64,000 bases of DNA from Macrostomum lignano (taxonomy: Eukaryota): contig NIVC01000089.1 of the NCBI GenBank assembly GCA_002269645.1, positions 310,001 to 374,000 of the forward strand, given 5' to 3'. The first letter of the stretch is position 1, and each line of letters opens with the position of its first letter. Position numbers and translations under genes: made by a program. Below, one piece after another: positions 1 through 12,149 of the stretch. The notes under the pieces were generated by a model, which was given only the letters and a program-made list of their open reading frames with translations, searched no databases and had not been told where the DNA came from.

Positions 1-1561
1 TGTAGCTGAAACTGCAAAGCTGCAGGAAAGTCCAAATACATGGAGTTCTAATTTAAATGCTAGTTTAATACTGCATGGCTTTGGCTTCAAATGAATTCGA
101 TATTTCTGTGAGTTTAGGTGACTTTATTAGTATTCAATAGGAGTGAGCTGGCGAAGTTTCCTTGGCTGTTTAAAGCACTAAATTTATAAAAGCTGCGTAT
201 GGGCTGAGCCTACCACTCCAGATTCTCTCTATAGAACTCCCTGGCCGGCCGCCTCTTGCAGGACACGCAGGTCGCTAACGAATGCCCAGTTAATGAGCTG
301 TAGAGCAGTCAACTTTCTACTGCTCGACAAAGTTTACAGTAACTCACTCCCTCACTCACTGTGCATCTCAGCCCACTCCAATCTTTTGTGTGTCATTTAG
401 AAATTAAATATAAAAGGACCAATGGCTTGAGTTTGTTTGTGAGTGCACATTGTTGGCAATGGTCAAAACCTGCCAAGAGTTTGGGCAAAAGTTCTTTGTC
501 TTGAGAACACACAATTCCGCATCAACTCGCCCTAGCAGTTATTCTTAGACAGTGATTTGTAAGAAAAACCGCATGTGTAATTTCGGTAATAAATAGGCAT
601 ACAGGTACAGTCTTCTTTCCTGAAAGCAGTTTTTCCAAGGGCGTCATCGAAAGTCCAACCGAGAGAGAAAAATTTATTCAATTCTATGCAAAAATTAAAA
701 ACAGTTTTGTCTTTTCGTACGATTGATTCCAATGCTTGATATGATCTGGGTCATGAAAGCAATCCAAGTTGACTCCAAGTTGGCTGCCTGCTCTGCAGCT
801 TATTAATTGGGCACTCGTTAGCGACCGCGAGCTGCGGAGCTGCGCAGAGGGGGCTGCGGTCGGGCGTGTCCTGCAAGCGGCAGCCGGCCAGGGAGTTCCA
901 TAGAGAGAATCTGGAGTGGATCTCAAGTGAAATTCGCCAGGATCTCATTAAGCACTCGTTAGCTGTCTAACAGTGCATGCCGCCGCAGAAAAAGCTTTTT
1001 CTTCCAAGAGTAATTTGGCTTCCCATTTGTTGGCTAATTCGCCCCCACCTGACAGAGCGTGAATGGTGTCAGTTTTCACGAACCAGATTTCTTCTCTGGT
1101 ACTCCATGCGGTCGGCATTTACGATCGCAAGAAATTGCTGAGCTGGTCTCACGCGCTACCAGCATGTCGCGGATATCCCGCTGGAGGACTCCGCACCGCA
1201 GCGAAACACCCCCCCCCCTCAAAGCAGCGACCCTTCTCATAGCAGCTCCCAGCAAAGCAAATGGCTGTTACAGTGTCTTCACAATGCACCCGAGAGCTTA
1301 GAGAAAACCGAGGTTATTGATCAAGCCAGCTCAGCCCCGTGTTGCTTCGGCATACTCAGCAATATGATTATGCAGTGGTGGCCAGTAGAGTCGCCACCAT
1401 CGATTCAAAGGCGAGCGGCGCCACCCGCCACCCCACGATCTGCGCTCCACCGCAGCAGCAAAGTGAGTTGAATTCCCTCATGATTTGCTTGCAGCTGGCT
1501 CTGGTGGAAACACTGGCGTGAACTGAGCCCTGCAGGGGTAGCTCTCCCTGTCCCTTATGTG

Positions 1562-1568
1562 TATATAA
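1562..1568 (+). promoter_or_regulatory. TATA box of peptide gene copy 1
   Basis: TATATAA 100 nt upstream of the ATG, present at the equivalent position in all three copies. Confidence 0.5.
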
Positions 1569-1661
1569 TTGTTGTTAATATTTGCAACTCGGCAAATTAC
1601 TTTCTGCTCAAGCTATACACCACACTTAGCAAGCCAAAGAAACTCAAACCCAAAAGCAGTC

Positions 1662-1903
1662 ATGCTGAACTACAAGCAAGTGCAAGCCTTTGTGGCCGCG
1701 ATGCTCGTCCTGGCTATGACAGGTAAGAGAGACATCGATCAGTAGTTTATTGAGAATTTGGTAACTCATCGATTTGTCACTCATTATGGACTCTGAAAAC
1801 ATTTGCGTCCTTTTCAGCTGCCGCCATCGAGGTGCCGGCCGACGAAGCCGGAGATGAGGCCGACTACGCTAGGCGCAGATACCGCAGGTGCAGCGTCCTG
1901 TAA
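1662..1903 (+). CDS. Small secreted peptide precursor, copy 1 (2 exons; possible 3rd exon 2023-2032)
   Basis: Exon 1 1662-1722 (MLNYKQVQAFVAAMLVLAMT, donor AG|GTAAGA). 95-nt intron ending TTTTCAG. Exon 2 1818-1903 gives AAAIEVPADEAGDEADYARRRYRRCSVL*. An alternative donor CT|GTAAGC at 1900 joined to the acceptor at 2022 gives ...CSVLEW*. TATATAA at 1562, AATAAA at 2084. Missed by the ORF track because it is spliced. Confidence 0.75.
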
Positions 1904-2498
1904 GCCGGAGGCGCCAATCAGCCCAGCGATGTGCAGGCCAGTGAGGCCCGGCTCACTGACAGCTCTGACAGATCTTAATCGCTGCGGCAAAGCTTATTCT
2001 CGCTTTACTCTCTGGGTTGCAGGGAATGGTGAAGGCGCTGCTTGCTCTGTACATGCGGATTGTGGCTGCTGGCTTGGTGGGGAAATAAACTGAAGAAGCA
2101 GACAATTCAGGCACTCGATGCCTGATTCGGGAGTTCCGCTACCATCTTTTGGCAAATTAGTTTGTTATGGGTTGTCAGTTCTATCCTGATCGAGAGTGCA
2201 AGCAGGAGGTTGAAACTCTCGGTGGCTTCGTCGGAATTCGGTTGCACCAAATAGGGCTCCTTAACGTGAAGGCGACCGAAAAAACACCTGAGTTAAGCAC
2301 GGGTGAGTGGCGAAGAGTTATCTCCAGGTTCTATTTGCGGTCTCCTTGGCAAAGCAGGCCCTGTTGATGTGCAGATCAATGTACCAGGTACAGGGTCGCT
2401 GCTGTCGAGGGGGAAGGGGTTGGTGCGTTCCGGTGCAGAGTTCAAAGTGAGGTGGTTTGTTGCCGGGCGGGTCCGTGGCCGTGGGATATCCGATCCGT

Positions 2499-2738
2499 GA
2501 CATGCTGGTAGCGCGTGAGACCAGCTCAGCAATTTCTTGCAATCGTAAATGCCGACCGCATGGAGTACCAGAGAAGAAATCTGGTTCGTGAAAACTGACA
2601 CCATTCACGCTCTGTCAGGTGGGGGCAAATTAGCCAAATGGGAAGCCAAATTACTCTTGGAAGAAAAAGCTTTTTCTGCGGCGGCATGCACTGTTAGACA
2701 GCTAACGAGTGCTTAATGAGATCCTCGCGAATTTACAT
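2499..2738 (-). repeat. Partial inverted copy of the arm's upstream segment
   Basis: Reverse complement of about 931-1172; contains no peptide exons. Confidence 0.85.
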
Positions 2739-2856
2739 GCATGGCTGAAGCTGAGGCTGAAACCTTTAATTAAATCTGGAACTTCAAAGACTTAAGCATG
2801 GAGTTCTATTTAAAAGCTAATTTAGTACTCCATGGCTTCTGCTTGAAACAGCTCGT

Positions 2857-4570
2857 AAATGTGGATGTTCAATGTGATGTGAATTTTGATAAAAACTTTC
2901 ACTGCACTCGCCAAGCTCGCGGATCATTTCGTACTTGCACCCTCGATCAGGATAGAACTGACAACCCATAACAAACTATTTTGCCAAAAGATGGTAGCGG
3001 AACTCCCGAATCAGGCATCGAGTGCCTGAGTTGTCTGCTTCTTCAGTTTATTTCCCCACCAAGCCAGCAGCCACAATCCACATGTACAGAGCAAGCAGCG
3101 CCTTCACCATTCCCTGCAACCCAGAGAGTAAAGCGAGAATAAGCTTTGCCGCAGCGATTAAGATCTGTCAGAGCTGTCAGTGAGCCGGGCCTCACTGGCC
3201 TGCACATCGCTGGGCTGATTGGCGCCTCCGGCTTACAGGACGCTGCACCTGCGGTATCTGCGCCTAGCGTAGTCGGCCTCATCTCCGGCTTCGTCGGCCG
3301 GCACCTCGATGGCGGCAGCTGAAAAGGACGCAAATGTTTTCAGAGTCCATAATGAGTGACAAATCGATGAGTTACCAAATTCTCACTAAACTACTGATCG
3401 ATGTCTCTCTTACCTGTCATAGCCAGGACGAGCATCGCGGCCACAAAGGCTTGCACTTGCTTGTAGTTCAGCATGACTGCTTTTGGGTTTGAGTTTCTTT
3501 GGCTTGCTAATTGTGGTGTATAGCTTGAGCAGAAAGTAATTTGCCGAGTTGCAAATATTAACAACAATTATATACACATAAGGGACAGGGAGAGCTACCC
3601 CTGCAGGGCTCAGTTCACGCCAGTGTTTCCACCAGAGCCAGCTGCAAGCAAATCATGAGGGAATTCAACTCACTTTGCTGCTGCGGTGGAGCGCAGATCG
3701 TGGGGTGGCGGGTGGCGCCGCTCGCCTTTGAATCGATGGTGGCGACTCTACTGGCCACCACTGCATAATCATATTGCTGAGTATGCCGAAGCAACACGGG
3801 GCTGAGCTGGCTTGATCAATAACCTCGGTTTTCTCTAAGCTCTCGGGTGCATTGTGAAGACACTGCAACAGCCATTTGCTTTGCTGGGAGCTGCTATGAG
3901 AAGGGTCGCTGCTTTGAGGGGGGGTTCACTGCGGTGCGGAGTCGCTCCAGCGGGATATCCGCGACATGCTGGTAGCGCGTGAGACCAGCTCAGCAATTTC
4001 TTGCGATCGTAAATGCCGACCGCATGGAGTACCAGAGAAGAAATCTGGTTCGTGAAAACTGACACCATTCACGCTCTGTCAGGTGGGGGCGAATTAGCCA
4101 ACAAATGGGAAGCCAAATTACTCTTGGAAGAAAAAGCTTTTTCTGCGGCGGCATGCACTGTTAGACAGCTAACGAGTGCTTAATGAGATCCTGGCGAATT
4201 TACATGAATGCTTGCAGCTGAGGCTGAAACTGGAAAGCTGATACTCAAAGATATCAACATGGAGTTCTAATAATGTTCTAGTTTAGTACTCCATGGCTTT
4301 GGCTTGAATCGATTCGATATTTGTGTGAGTGAGTTGAGGGAACTTTATTCCTATTCAATGGGAGCGAATTGGCAAATATTTTTTGCTGGGTAAAGCAAAT
4401 TAAAAACAAACTGCCTGCCACTCCAGATTCTCTCTATGGAACTCCCTGGCCGGCTGCCGCTTGCAGGACACGCCCGACCGCAGCCCCCTCTGCGCAGCTC
4501 CGCAGCTCGCGGTCGCTAACGAGTGCCCAATTAATAAGCTGCAGAGCAGGCAGCCAACTTGGAGTCAACT
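2857..4570 (-). repeat. Segmental duplication arm 2
   Basis: Reverse complement of 13029-14617 plus 4834-4853, and of arm 1. Confidence 0.9.
3233..3474 (-). CDS. Small secreted peptide precursor, copy 2
   Basis: Exon 1 3474-3414, exon 2 3318-3233; coding sequence identical to copy 1. TATA at 3574-3568. The optional exon 3 stop is at 3106-3104. Confidence 0.75.
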
Positions 4571-4833
4571 GAGTGAATGAGTTCATGACTGAGTGAGTGA
4601 TTGAGTTCATTAGTTAGTAAGTGAGCCCATGACTGAGTTTATGAGTGAGTAAGTGAGTTCATGACTGAGTTCAGAGTTCATGAGTTCATGAGTTCATGAG
4701 TAAGTGAGGAGTGAGTGAGTGAGTTTATGAGTGAGTTCATGAGTGAGTTCATGAGTTCATGAGTTCATGAATGAGTGAATGAGTGAGTGAGTAAGTTAAT
4801 TTATGAATGAGTGAGTGAGTGAGTGAGTAAGTG
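4571..4833. repeat. TGAG/TCATGAG low-complexity spacer between arms 2 and 3
   Basis: Degenerate (TGAG)n and GAGTTCAT units. Confidence 0.85.
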
Positions 4834-4853
4834 AGCTGGCCAGGGAGTTCCAT

Positions 4854-5019
4854 TGTAGCATTAATCAGCTACAACCCTTTTGACCATAGACAAATACTCT
4901 ATTTCTCGTTACTGTATCAATCAAATAAAGCCGAGGCTAGTCGAGCCGAGCCGAGAGTTACAACCTTTCTATCTTGCTTCCACATAATAATTCCACTGCG
5001 TTCTAATTCACTCGCTACA
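4854..5019 (+). mobile_element. 5' LTR (166 bp)
   Basis: TGTAGC...CGCTACA with AATAAA at 4924-4929; 2 mismatches against the reconstructed 3' LTR. Confidence 0.95.
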
Positions 5020-5021
5020 AA

Positions 5022-5647
5022 TTAGTATCGCTTTTGACGCTCTAGATAAGACTTTAGACATTCAAAATAAGACTGCATAGGATTGCAAGCAAGGACAGGC
5101 TAGCCACGGCCAGAGCATGCCCAGTCTTGGCTGCAGGGATGGCTTGGCCATAGACTAAAAAATGGAATATCAAAATGAGAATAAGACGCTCAATATGAGA
5201 CCGGGAGTGAACGTAATTTATTTGCTTTTTGGCAGTCACCATACAAACAGCTAAGGAGAAATTAGGCAATAAACAAGAAGCAGAATAGCATATCGAAATG
5301 TTTAGTCCATCACTGAAGTCAGCCTGGCGGACTGCTGCAGGAATCGATGGTGCCATCACAGTGAAATCCAAGGGGTCAGATGCAACCCAAGGGGTGAAGA
5401 AGGAGAGCTGGCTGAGGGTCAGAGGGTTAGAGCGATATCTGAAGGCTTTCACACTCAGTCTCATATTGAGCGTCTTATTCTCATTTTGATATTCCATTTT
5501 TTAGTCTATGGCCAAGCCATCCCTAGCTGCAGCCAAGACTGGGCTTGCTCTGGCCGTGGCTAGCCTGGCCTTGCTTGCGATCCTATGCAGTCTTATTTTG
5601 AATGTCTAAAGTCTTATCTAGAGCGTCAAAAGCGATAGCAGAGCGTG
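5022..5647 (+). promoter_or_regulatory. Primer-binding site (initiator-Met tRNA-like), split by a MITE
   Basis: Excising 5028-5637 gives TAGTAGCAGAGCGTG three bases after the LTR, close to TGGTAGCAGAG, the complement of the 3' end of animal tRNA-iMet. The tRNA assignment is inference. Confidence 0.6.
5028..5635. mobile_element. Non-autonomous foldback element/MITE with TA TSD (Tc1/mariner-like)
   Basis: About 175-bp terminal inverted repeats (TCGCTTTTGACGCTCTAG.../...CTAGAGCGTCAAAAGCGA), flanked by TA at 5026-5027 and 5636-5637; no transposase. Confidence 0.85.
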
Positions 5648-5651
5648 TGGT

Positions 5652-7558
5652 ATGGAGGACACACAGCAGCAGCCGTTAGCGCCCGAAGCTGGAGCCCTGG
5701 CGCAACCAGTACAAGAGGCCTTCGTGCAACGCATCGCTATAAAACCTCCCGCCTTCTACCGGAAGTCGCCCGAGATCTGGTTCCGGCAACTGGAATCGCA
5801 GTTCACTTTAGCTGGAATCACCCACGCTGCGACCAAGCTCCATCATACGTTAGCGGCCCTGCCTGAGGACGTTGCCTGCTCGATCGACCTAGGCACAGAG
5901 GACTACGCCTCGCTTAAAACATCGGTGCTAGAAGCTTTGCGCGCCAACCGACACCAACGAATCGAAGAGGCCCTCGCTGCTGTGGAGCTCGGGGATCGCC
6001 GCCCATCTCAGTTGGTAACCGACATCAAGCGGCGCTTCAGCGAAATAGGTTTACAAGTCGATGACAGCATCATCAAGTCTCGACTCCTAACTGCCCTGCC
6101 CACCCACATCCGTTCGGCCTTGGTCGTCACGAACAGGCGGAGCTGGACGCGTTTGCGAAGATCGCCGACAGCATGCTGGCGGTCGCCGGTTGCACCACCC
6201 CATTCGCCTCTGTAAACCGCGCCGCTGCCACCGGCCAAGAGCACCCGAGGAGCAACGCTGGTCCTTTTCGTAGCAGGAAGCCTGAGGACCCGCGCTCCAA
6301 CCGGAACCCACGCCGACGGCCCAAGATCTGCAACAGTCATCTCTACTACGCCGCCGATGCTCGCACGTGCCGACCATGGTGTGAAGAGTTGATTCGGGAG
6401 GTGATCAGTCTTCCGAAAACTCCCACTTCCAGACACTTAAGCCTGGGAACAAAATCAGTGATCACTTACTGTTGTGGGCTCCTCTTCTTTGTCGCGCGTG
6501 TCTGTAGAGCTCATCTCCGTAGAGCTGTTCCTCCCGGGGTAGTCTTCTTGAAGTCTAGAGTCGGCCGAAGGTGAGAGCGTAACAATTAACTCGACGTCGC
6601 AGTATTTCTTCAAGTGCAGAATTCAATATATTCTCGAGTGCCGAAATCAATGTCAACGATGCGCCCTAGTAACAGAATCAACTTCTATAGCAATACGAGG
6701 TCCTCCAGAAAGGGCGTCTTCTTCTAGAACTAACGGAATCGGAGTCGTGTGCTCCTATCGGTTAATCTAGGATAACCAAAATCAATCAAATCAATAATCC
6801 TCTAAGGGTATCGGAATCGGTCCGCAGATCCTATCCAATCCCTTAGGAAAAGGGAGGCCTCAAACTCAATAGACTCAATAAAATCAACTGAACAGTAACG
6901 GCCGGCAATAACAATCGCTCTCAATAATCAAAATAACGAAGACTTGAACAAAGCTTACCAATTGGTGTTTATTTCTTCCTCAGAGATATAGCCTCTTTGG
7001 AGGCTGCTCCGAGTCTGAGATTTCAGCTCGGATTTTGCGTTTGTATTTATACACAATTTGTCGGCCTTGAGTCGGCCTTGAGCTCAAAACCGGTTTTTTT
7101 GATGAGTTCACGAAAGGAATTTTATTATTTGACAGGTGGGGTTTTTGAATAGAAAGGGGTGAGACTTGGGTTACATTCAGGTTAACATTTACCATATTTG
7201 GAAGTTCTAAAAATAGATGTCGAGAACCGGTTTTTCGAACAATAGCATAGCCACTCGCTGTTTGCGTGATATGACTGGTATTGCTAAAAATAGAGCATGG
7301 CACATAGCTATTTTTAAATTTGCCACTCGCTGTTTGCGTGATATTACTTGTATTACTAAAAATAGAGTATGACACATAGCTATTTTTAAATTTGTATTCA
7401 TAACTTTATATTACTACTTTTAGTAGGCTACTGTGTTTGAAGATCTCTACAGGTGCCAGTGGCCAGGCTCGAAACCGTCGACACTGCTTGTTAGCCGCCA
7501 GCCCACTCCGGCTCAGTCCCGGGTGTCCAGTCCGACACCAAGCCAGGTGTCAAACTAG
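5652..7558 (+). pseudogene. Gypsy gag, interrupted
   Basis: IKPPAFYRKSPEIWFRQLESQF N-terminus. A 1-nt frameshift near 6126 (restoring LVGHEQAELDAFAKIADSML). CHCC knuckle CNSHLYYAADARTCRPWC. Resumes after the 6382-7451 insert as WCQWPGSKP...VSN*. Confidence 0.85.
6382..7451. mobile_element. Solo-LTR-like insertion (1070 bp) in gag
   Basis: Starts TG and ends CA, with imperfect inverted termini (TGAAGAG/CTCTACA) and 4-bp TSD GGTG (6378-6381, 7452-7455). No pol sequence. Internal 78-bp tandem duplication at about 7250-7400. Confidence 0.75.
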
Positions 7559-7566
7559 TTGGTCCC

Positions 7567-10500
7567 ATGCCTCGGCCGAGCCGCGACCCATCAAAGGCCA
7601 CCACACTGCTTCTTCGTTGCCAAGTCCTCCGTACGCCCGTTTCGTTCATCGTTGACACCGGCGCCGAACGGTCGCTTCTTCCTTTGCAGTTTGTTCCTCA
7701 AAATCTACTCGCACCCACCCATGTCAAGCTTTGCGGCGTCGATGGCCGTGAAATCCGAATCTTCGGCCAATGTTGTGTCACACTGGCTATCCCCGGTCTT
7801 CGTAGACCATATCCTGCGACGTTCATTGTTACCAGTACCGCGCCCATCCTCGGTGCAGACTTCTTCCTCAAGTTTGGTCTCCTCATCGACCTGAAGTCAC
7901 GGCGCATTCAAGACCCTGTGACATCTTTGCGTGCGACTCTCTGTTCGTCTAGTGATTCAGTCCCTCAAATCATCGCCACCACGTTGCTTGAGCCCACCAC
8001 ACCGCTTGCTCGGTTCCCTCGAGTTCTGGAAGCTCCGGACTACACCGCAGCACCCGCCACGTCGGTTCGGCATCGTATTGAGACCACCGGCGAGCCCATT
8101 TTTTGTCGACCTCGACCGCTTGCCCCTGCCAAGTTCGCGGTCGCAAAAGCGGAGTTTGACAAGCTCCTGCGCCTTGGCATCGTCCGCCCCTCCGCCAGTC
8201 CATGGGCTTCCCCGCTGCACATGGTGAAGAAAAAGGACGGTTCCTGGAGACCTTGCGGAGACTATCGAGCTTTAAACGCGGCAACCAAGCCAGACCGCTA
8301 CCCTATCCCTAACATCAACCATTTCAATCATCAGCTGCACGGTGCAAAGGTTTTAAGCACCCTTGACCTCGTCAAGGCCTATCACTTCGTTCCGATGGCA
8401 GATGAGGACATCGAGAAGACGGCGATTTGCACCCCGTTCGGCTCGTTCGAATACCTGCGGATGTCTTTTGGTCTCCGGAACGCCGCTAGCACGTTTCAGC
8501 GATATGTCGACTCCGTGTTTCGGGACCTACCATTCGTCACTACCTACATCGACGACATCCTGGTGCACAGCAGGTCTCAGGAAGAGCACCAAGTACACAT
8601 TGAAACAGTTCTGCAACGACTTACCGACAAAGGTTTGGGAGTCAATTCGGACAAGTTTCGGTTCTTCCGCGAGTCTGTGGAGTTTCTCGGCTATCTCGTG
8701 TCTGCGGACGGCATTCGACCCTTGCCCCACCGTGTCGAGGCCTTCCGACAGCTTCCCCTCCTACTGACCACCAGGCCTTGCAGCGCTACCTCGGGATGTT
8801 CGGATTTTACCACTGGTGCATCCCGGACTACGCAAAGATCGTCCTACCATTGCGGCAGCTCGCCTCAACGACATTCGTCTGGACGGAGCACCACGGTCGC
8901 GCTTGGAAAGCGCTTCAGAACAGTCTCGCGGAAGCGGTCACGCTCGCTTTTCCTCATCCCCAGGCCACGTTTACGATCACAACGGACGCCAGCTCGACCG
9001 CCATCGGTGGTGCGCTACATCAAGTGGTGGACGGCCAGTCTTCACCCTTAGCTTTCTACTCGCGGAAACTATCCGACACCGAGACTGCGTACAGCACCTT
9101 CGATCGGGAACTCCTCGGTCAAGGCCTGGAAGAACATGATTCAAGGCCAGCAAACCACTGTGTTCTGCGACCACAAGCCCATCATCGGAGCCTTCGGCAA
9201 CAGAAAGGAGCGTTTTTCGGACCGACAGCAACGCCACCTATCCGTGATCACTGAGTTTGTCAGCGACATCGTTCACATCGCCGATAAGAACAACGTGGTT
9301 GCCGATGCACTATCTCGTCCCAATCTCACCTCCGAGGCGGAGCCACCATCGTCCGTCAGGCTACTAGCTGACATCCCGCCCTCTGTGGATTTGCCGGCTA
9401 TCCCTCGAGCCCAGAAAGACGGTCTACCCGCCAACGATCAACCAGTAGGCCGGTTCAGCAACTTCGAAATCGGGATTAAAGACTACCCATTACGCTGTGA
9501 GACTTCGCAGACTAACCCGCGTCCCGTAGTTCCTGAAGTACTACGACGCGCGGTGTTCAACTCGCTGCATTCGTTTGCACACCCCGGCAGAAAAGCTACG
9601 CAACGGCTCATTAGCTATCGGTTCTTCTGGCCACTAATTGGTTCCGACATTCGCAAGTGGGTAGCCGAGTGCCAACGATGCCAGCAGTGCAAGACTGGAC
9701 GACATGTTCAACGCCCACTGCAGCAGCTGCCTGTGCCATCTCAGAGATTCACTACGGTACACATTGACCTAGTTGGACCGCTACCGCCTCATGTGTCTGA
9801 AGATCCCGGCCCGAAGCCTCGCTACCTACTCACCATGATCGATGCCTACTCACGCTGGTTCGAAGCAGCACTGCTTTCGAACATTGCCGCCACATCAGTC
9901 GCACAAGCCTTCCTGGAAACCTGGATTTCTCGGTTCGGCCCACCTTTGACGCTGATCAGTGACCAGGGATCCCAATTCCGAGCTGAGCTCATGAAGAACT
10001 TGACGGACCTACTCGGCATCCACCACATCCGCACTTCAGCCTATAATCCGAGAGCTAACGGTATCATCGAACGTACACACCGGACGCTAAAGGTCGGTTT
10101 AAAAACGCGCGGCAAGAACTGGCTGCAGCAGCTGCCCGTCGTGCTCCTGGGCATGCGCATTTTCCCAGATGAGTCAGGTGCCTCTCCGTTCTCCATTGTT
10201 ACGGGTGAGCAACCGCTGGTCCCACGGTCGTCACCGACACTTCTGCGCTCAAGGAGCTCTCGACTAGTCTACACTCAACTTTTCTTCCCATACCGGCAGC
10301 CGAGAACGCGAGAGATAGCCGTGCATCTGCCAGCCCCGCTGAGCCCGTGCACACACGTCTGGTTGCGGCTGGACCGTGTGCGACGACCCCTGGAGGCTCC
10401 TTACCAAGGCCCGTACGCGGTGCTGGACAGGCACGACACCACAATGACACTCCAGATCAACAGCAAACCTACCGTAGTGTCAATCGATCGTGTCAAGCCC

Positions 10501-10665
10501 GCCACCCTGCCAACAGCCCATCAAGAGCAGCCGGCAGCTACACCAGACCCGCCAAGCGACGCTCCCGCCGCTAACACAAGGTCGCGCAGCTCAAACCGCG
10601 TGCGATTTAAGAGCGAGACCTCCGTGCAAATCTTCCAGAAGGACAATCCACCTAGCAATATTTGA
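7567..10665 (+). pseudogene. Gypsy pol (protease, RT, RNase H, integrase)
   Basis: IVDTGAERS protease, [18 protein letters not shown] RNase H, HPG...CQRC zinc-binding and D-D-E/GPY integrase motifs. A 1-nt frameshift near 8758 and a ~14-nt deletion near 9118. Pol is in the -1 frame relative to the gag end. Confidence 0.92.
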
Positions 10666-11509
10666 ACCATATTTTAACCGATAGACCTATAGCTTCTGCA
10701 TTGATTGCCTACTCGTTCCCCTGCACTGTTCAAACCAGTTTTTTTGTCTCCAATTATCTACAGCATAGTCATGTACTGTATTTCATCTAGGAGGGGGGAG
10801 TATCTTGTAGCATTAATAAGCTACAACCCTTTTGACCATAGACAAATACTCTATTTCTCGTTACTGTATCAATCAAATACACCATTTTACCCTCGATTTT
10901 GAACAAGGAAAACTTCGAAACTGACAAACTCCTCTTCAATATTGACACTCTATGGTCGGGCACTCAAAATCTAAAATCAATATCGACAGATCAAGCTTCA
11001 ATTTTGACAAACTCTGGTTCAATTTTGACAATGCACGTTTAGTCAACTTCTCCTGGGAGAATTCGGTAACAAAGTAATCCAATGAAAGCCTGAACGGGGC
11101 TGAAGTGAGCTGTGCAAAATCAGCTTATTCTGACTTTGCTTTTTGGATCTACAAGTATTGATAAAATTTATTTTTCTCTATCCTTTACACACACAGACTA
11201 AAATAGCCTGACTGGTTGGGCTGCAAAGTCCGATTCTATTTTGACAGAGTTGCTTCAAAACTGACACTCTATGGTTTGTGTACCCAAAAAGTCCGCTTCA
11301 TTTTTGACAACTCCGAATCAATATCGAACAGTTCACAATCGATTTTGACTAAGATTTCTCTCTTGCGGGGGGGGGGTACTTGCTATTCGGGAGAGGGGGT
11401 ACTGGCTGCATGTATCTACGAGTACATGTATGGGAATCTTTCTAGCCAGGGATGCTTGCTAGAGTCCCTGCTCTCTCAAGGGACTCTAGCAAAAGGCCGG
11501 TCATTTAAC

Positions 11510-11945
11510 ATCCCAAGACAGCAAGCATCCACCCAGATAGCAAGCATCCACCCAGATAGCAAGCATCCACCCAGATAGCAAGCATCCACCCAGATAGCAA
11601 GCATCCACCCAGATAGCAAGCATCCACCCAGATAGCAAGCATCCACCCAGATAGCAAGCATCCCCCAGATAGCAAGCATCCCCCAGATAGCAAGCATCCA
11701 CCCAGATAGCAAGCATCCACCCAGATAGCAAGCATCCACCCAGATAGCAAGCATCCACCCAGATAGAAGCATCCACCCAGATAGCAAGCATCCCCCAGAT
11801 AGAGAGCATCCACCCAGATAGCAAGCATCCACCCAGATAGAAGCATCCACCCAGATAGCAAGCATCCCCCAGATAGCAAGCATATTGCAGATAGCAAGCA
11901 TCATCCAGGTAGCAAACATCCACCCAGATAGCAAGCATACCTGGA
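11510..11945. repeat. 20-bp minisatellite (CAGATAGCAAGCATCCACC[C])
   Basis: About 21 tandem units at the centre of the foldback element. Confidence 0.9.
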
Positions 11946-12149
11946 TAGAAAGATTCCTATACATGTACTCGTAGTACCCCCTCTCCCAAATAGCAAGTAC
12001 CCCCCCCCCTACTCAAGAGAGAAATCTTAGTAAAAATTGTCTAAATCTCTTTCAAAAAATGTCTTAGTCAAAATCGATTGTAAACTGTTCAATATTGATT
12101 CGGAGTTGTCAAAAATGAAGCGGACTTTTTGGGTACACAAACCATAGAG

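Larger units (their letters stand above)
768..2202 (+). repeat. Segmental duplication arm 1
   Basis: Reverse complement of about 2930-4570, with an internal ~240-bp deletion near 920-931. Confidence 0.9.

Noticed and set aside
1803-2093. 96-aa ORF MRPFQLPPSRC... (also 3043-3333 and 14139-14429) as the gene product
   Set aside because: It starts at a non-ATG codon inside the intron acceptor and is out of frame with the signal-peptide exon; the spliced model explains the region better.
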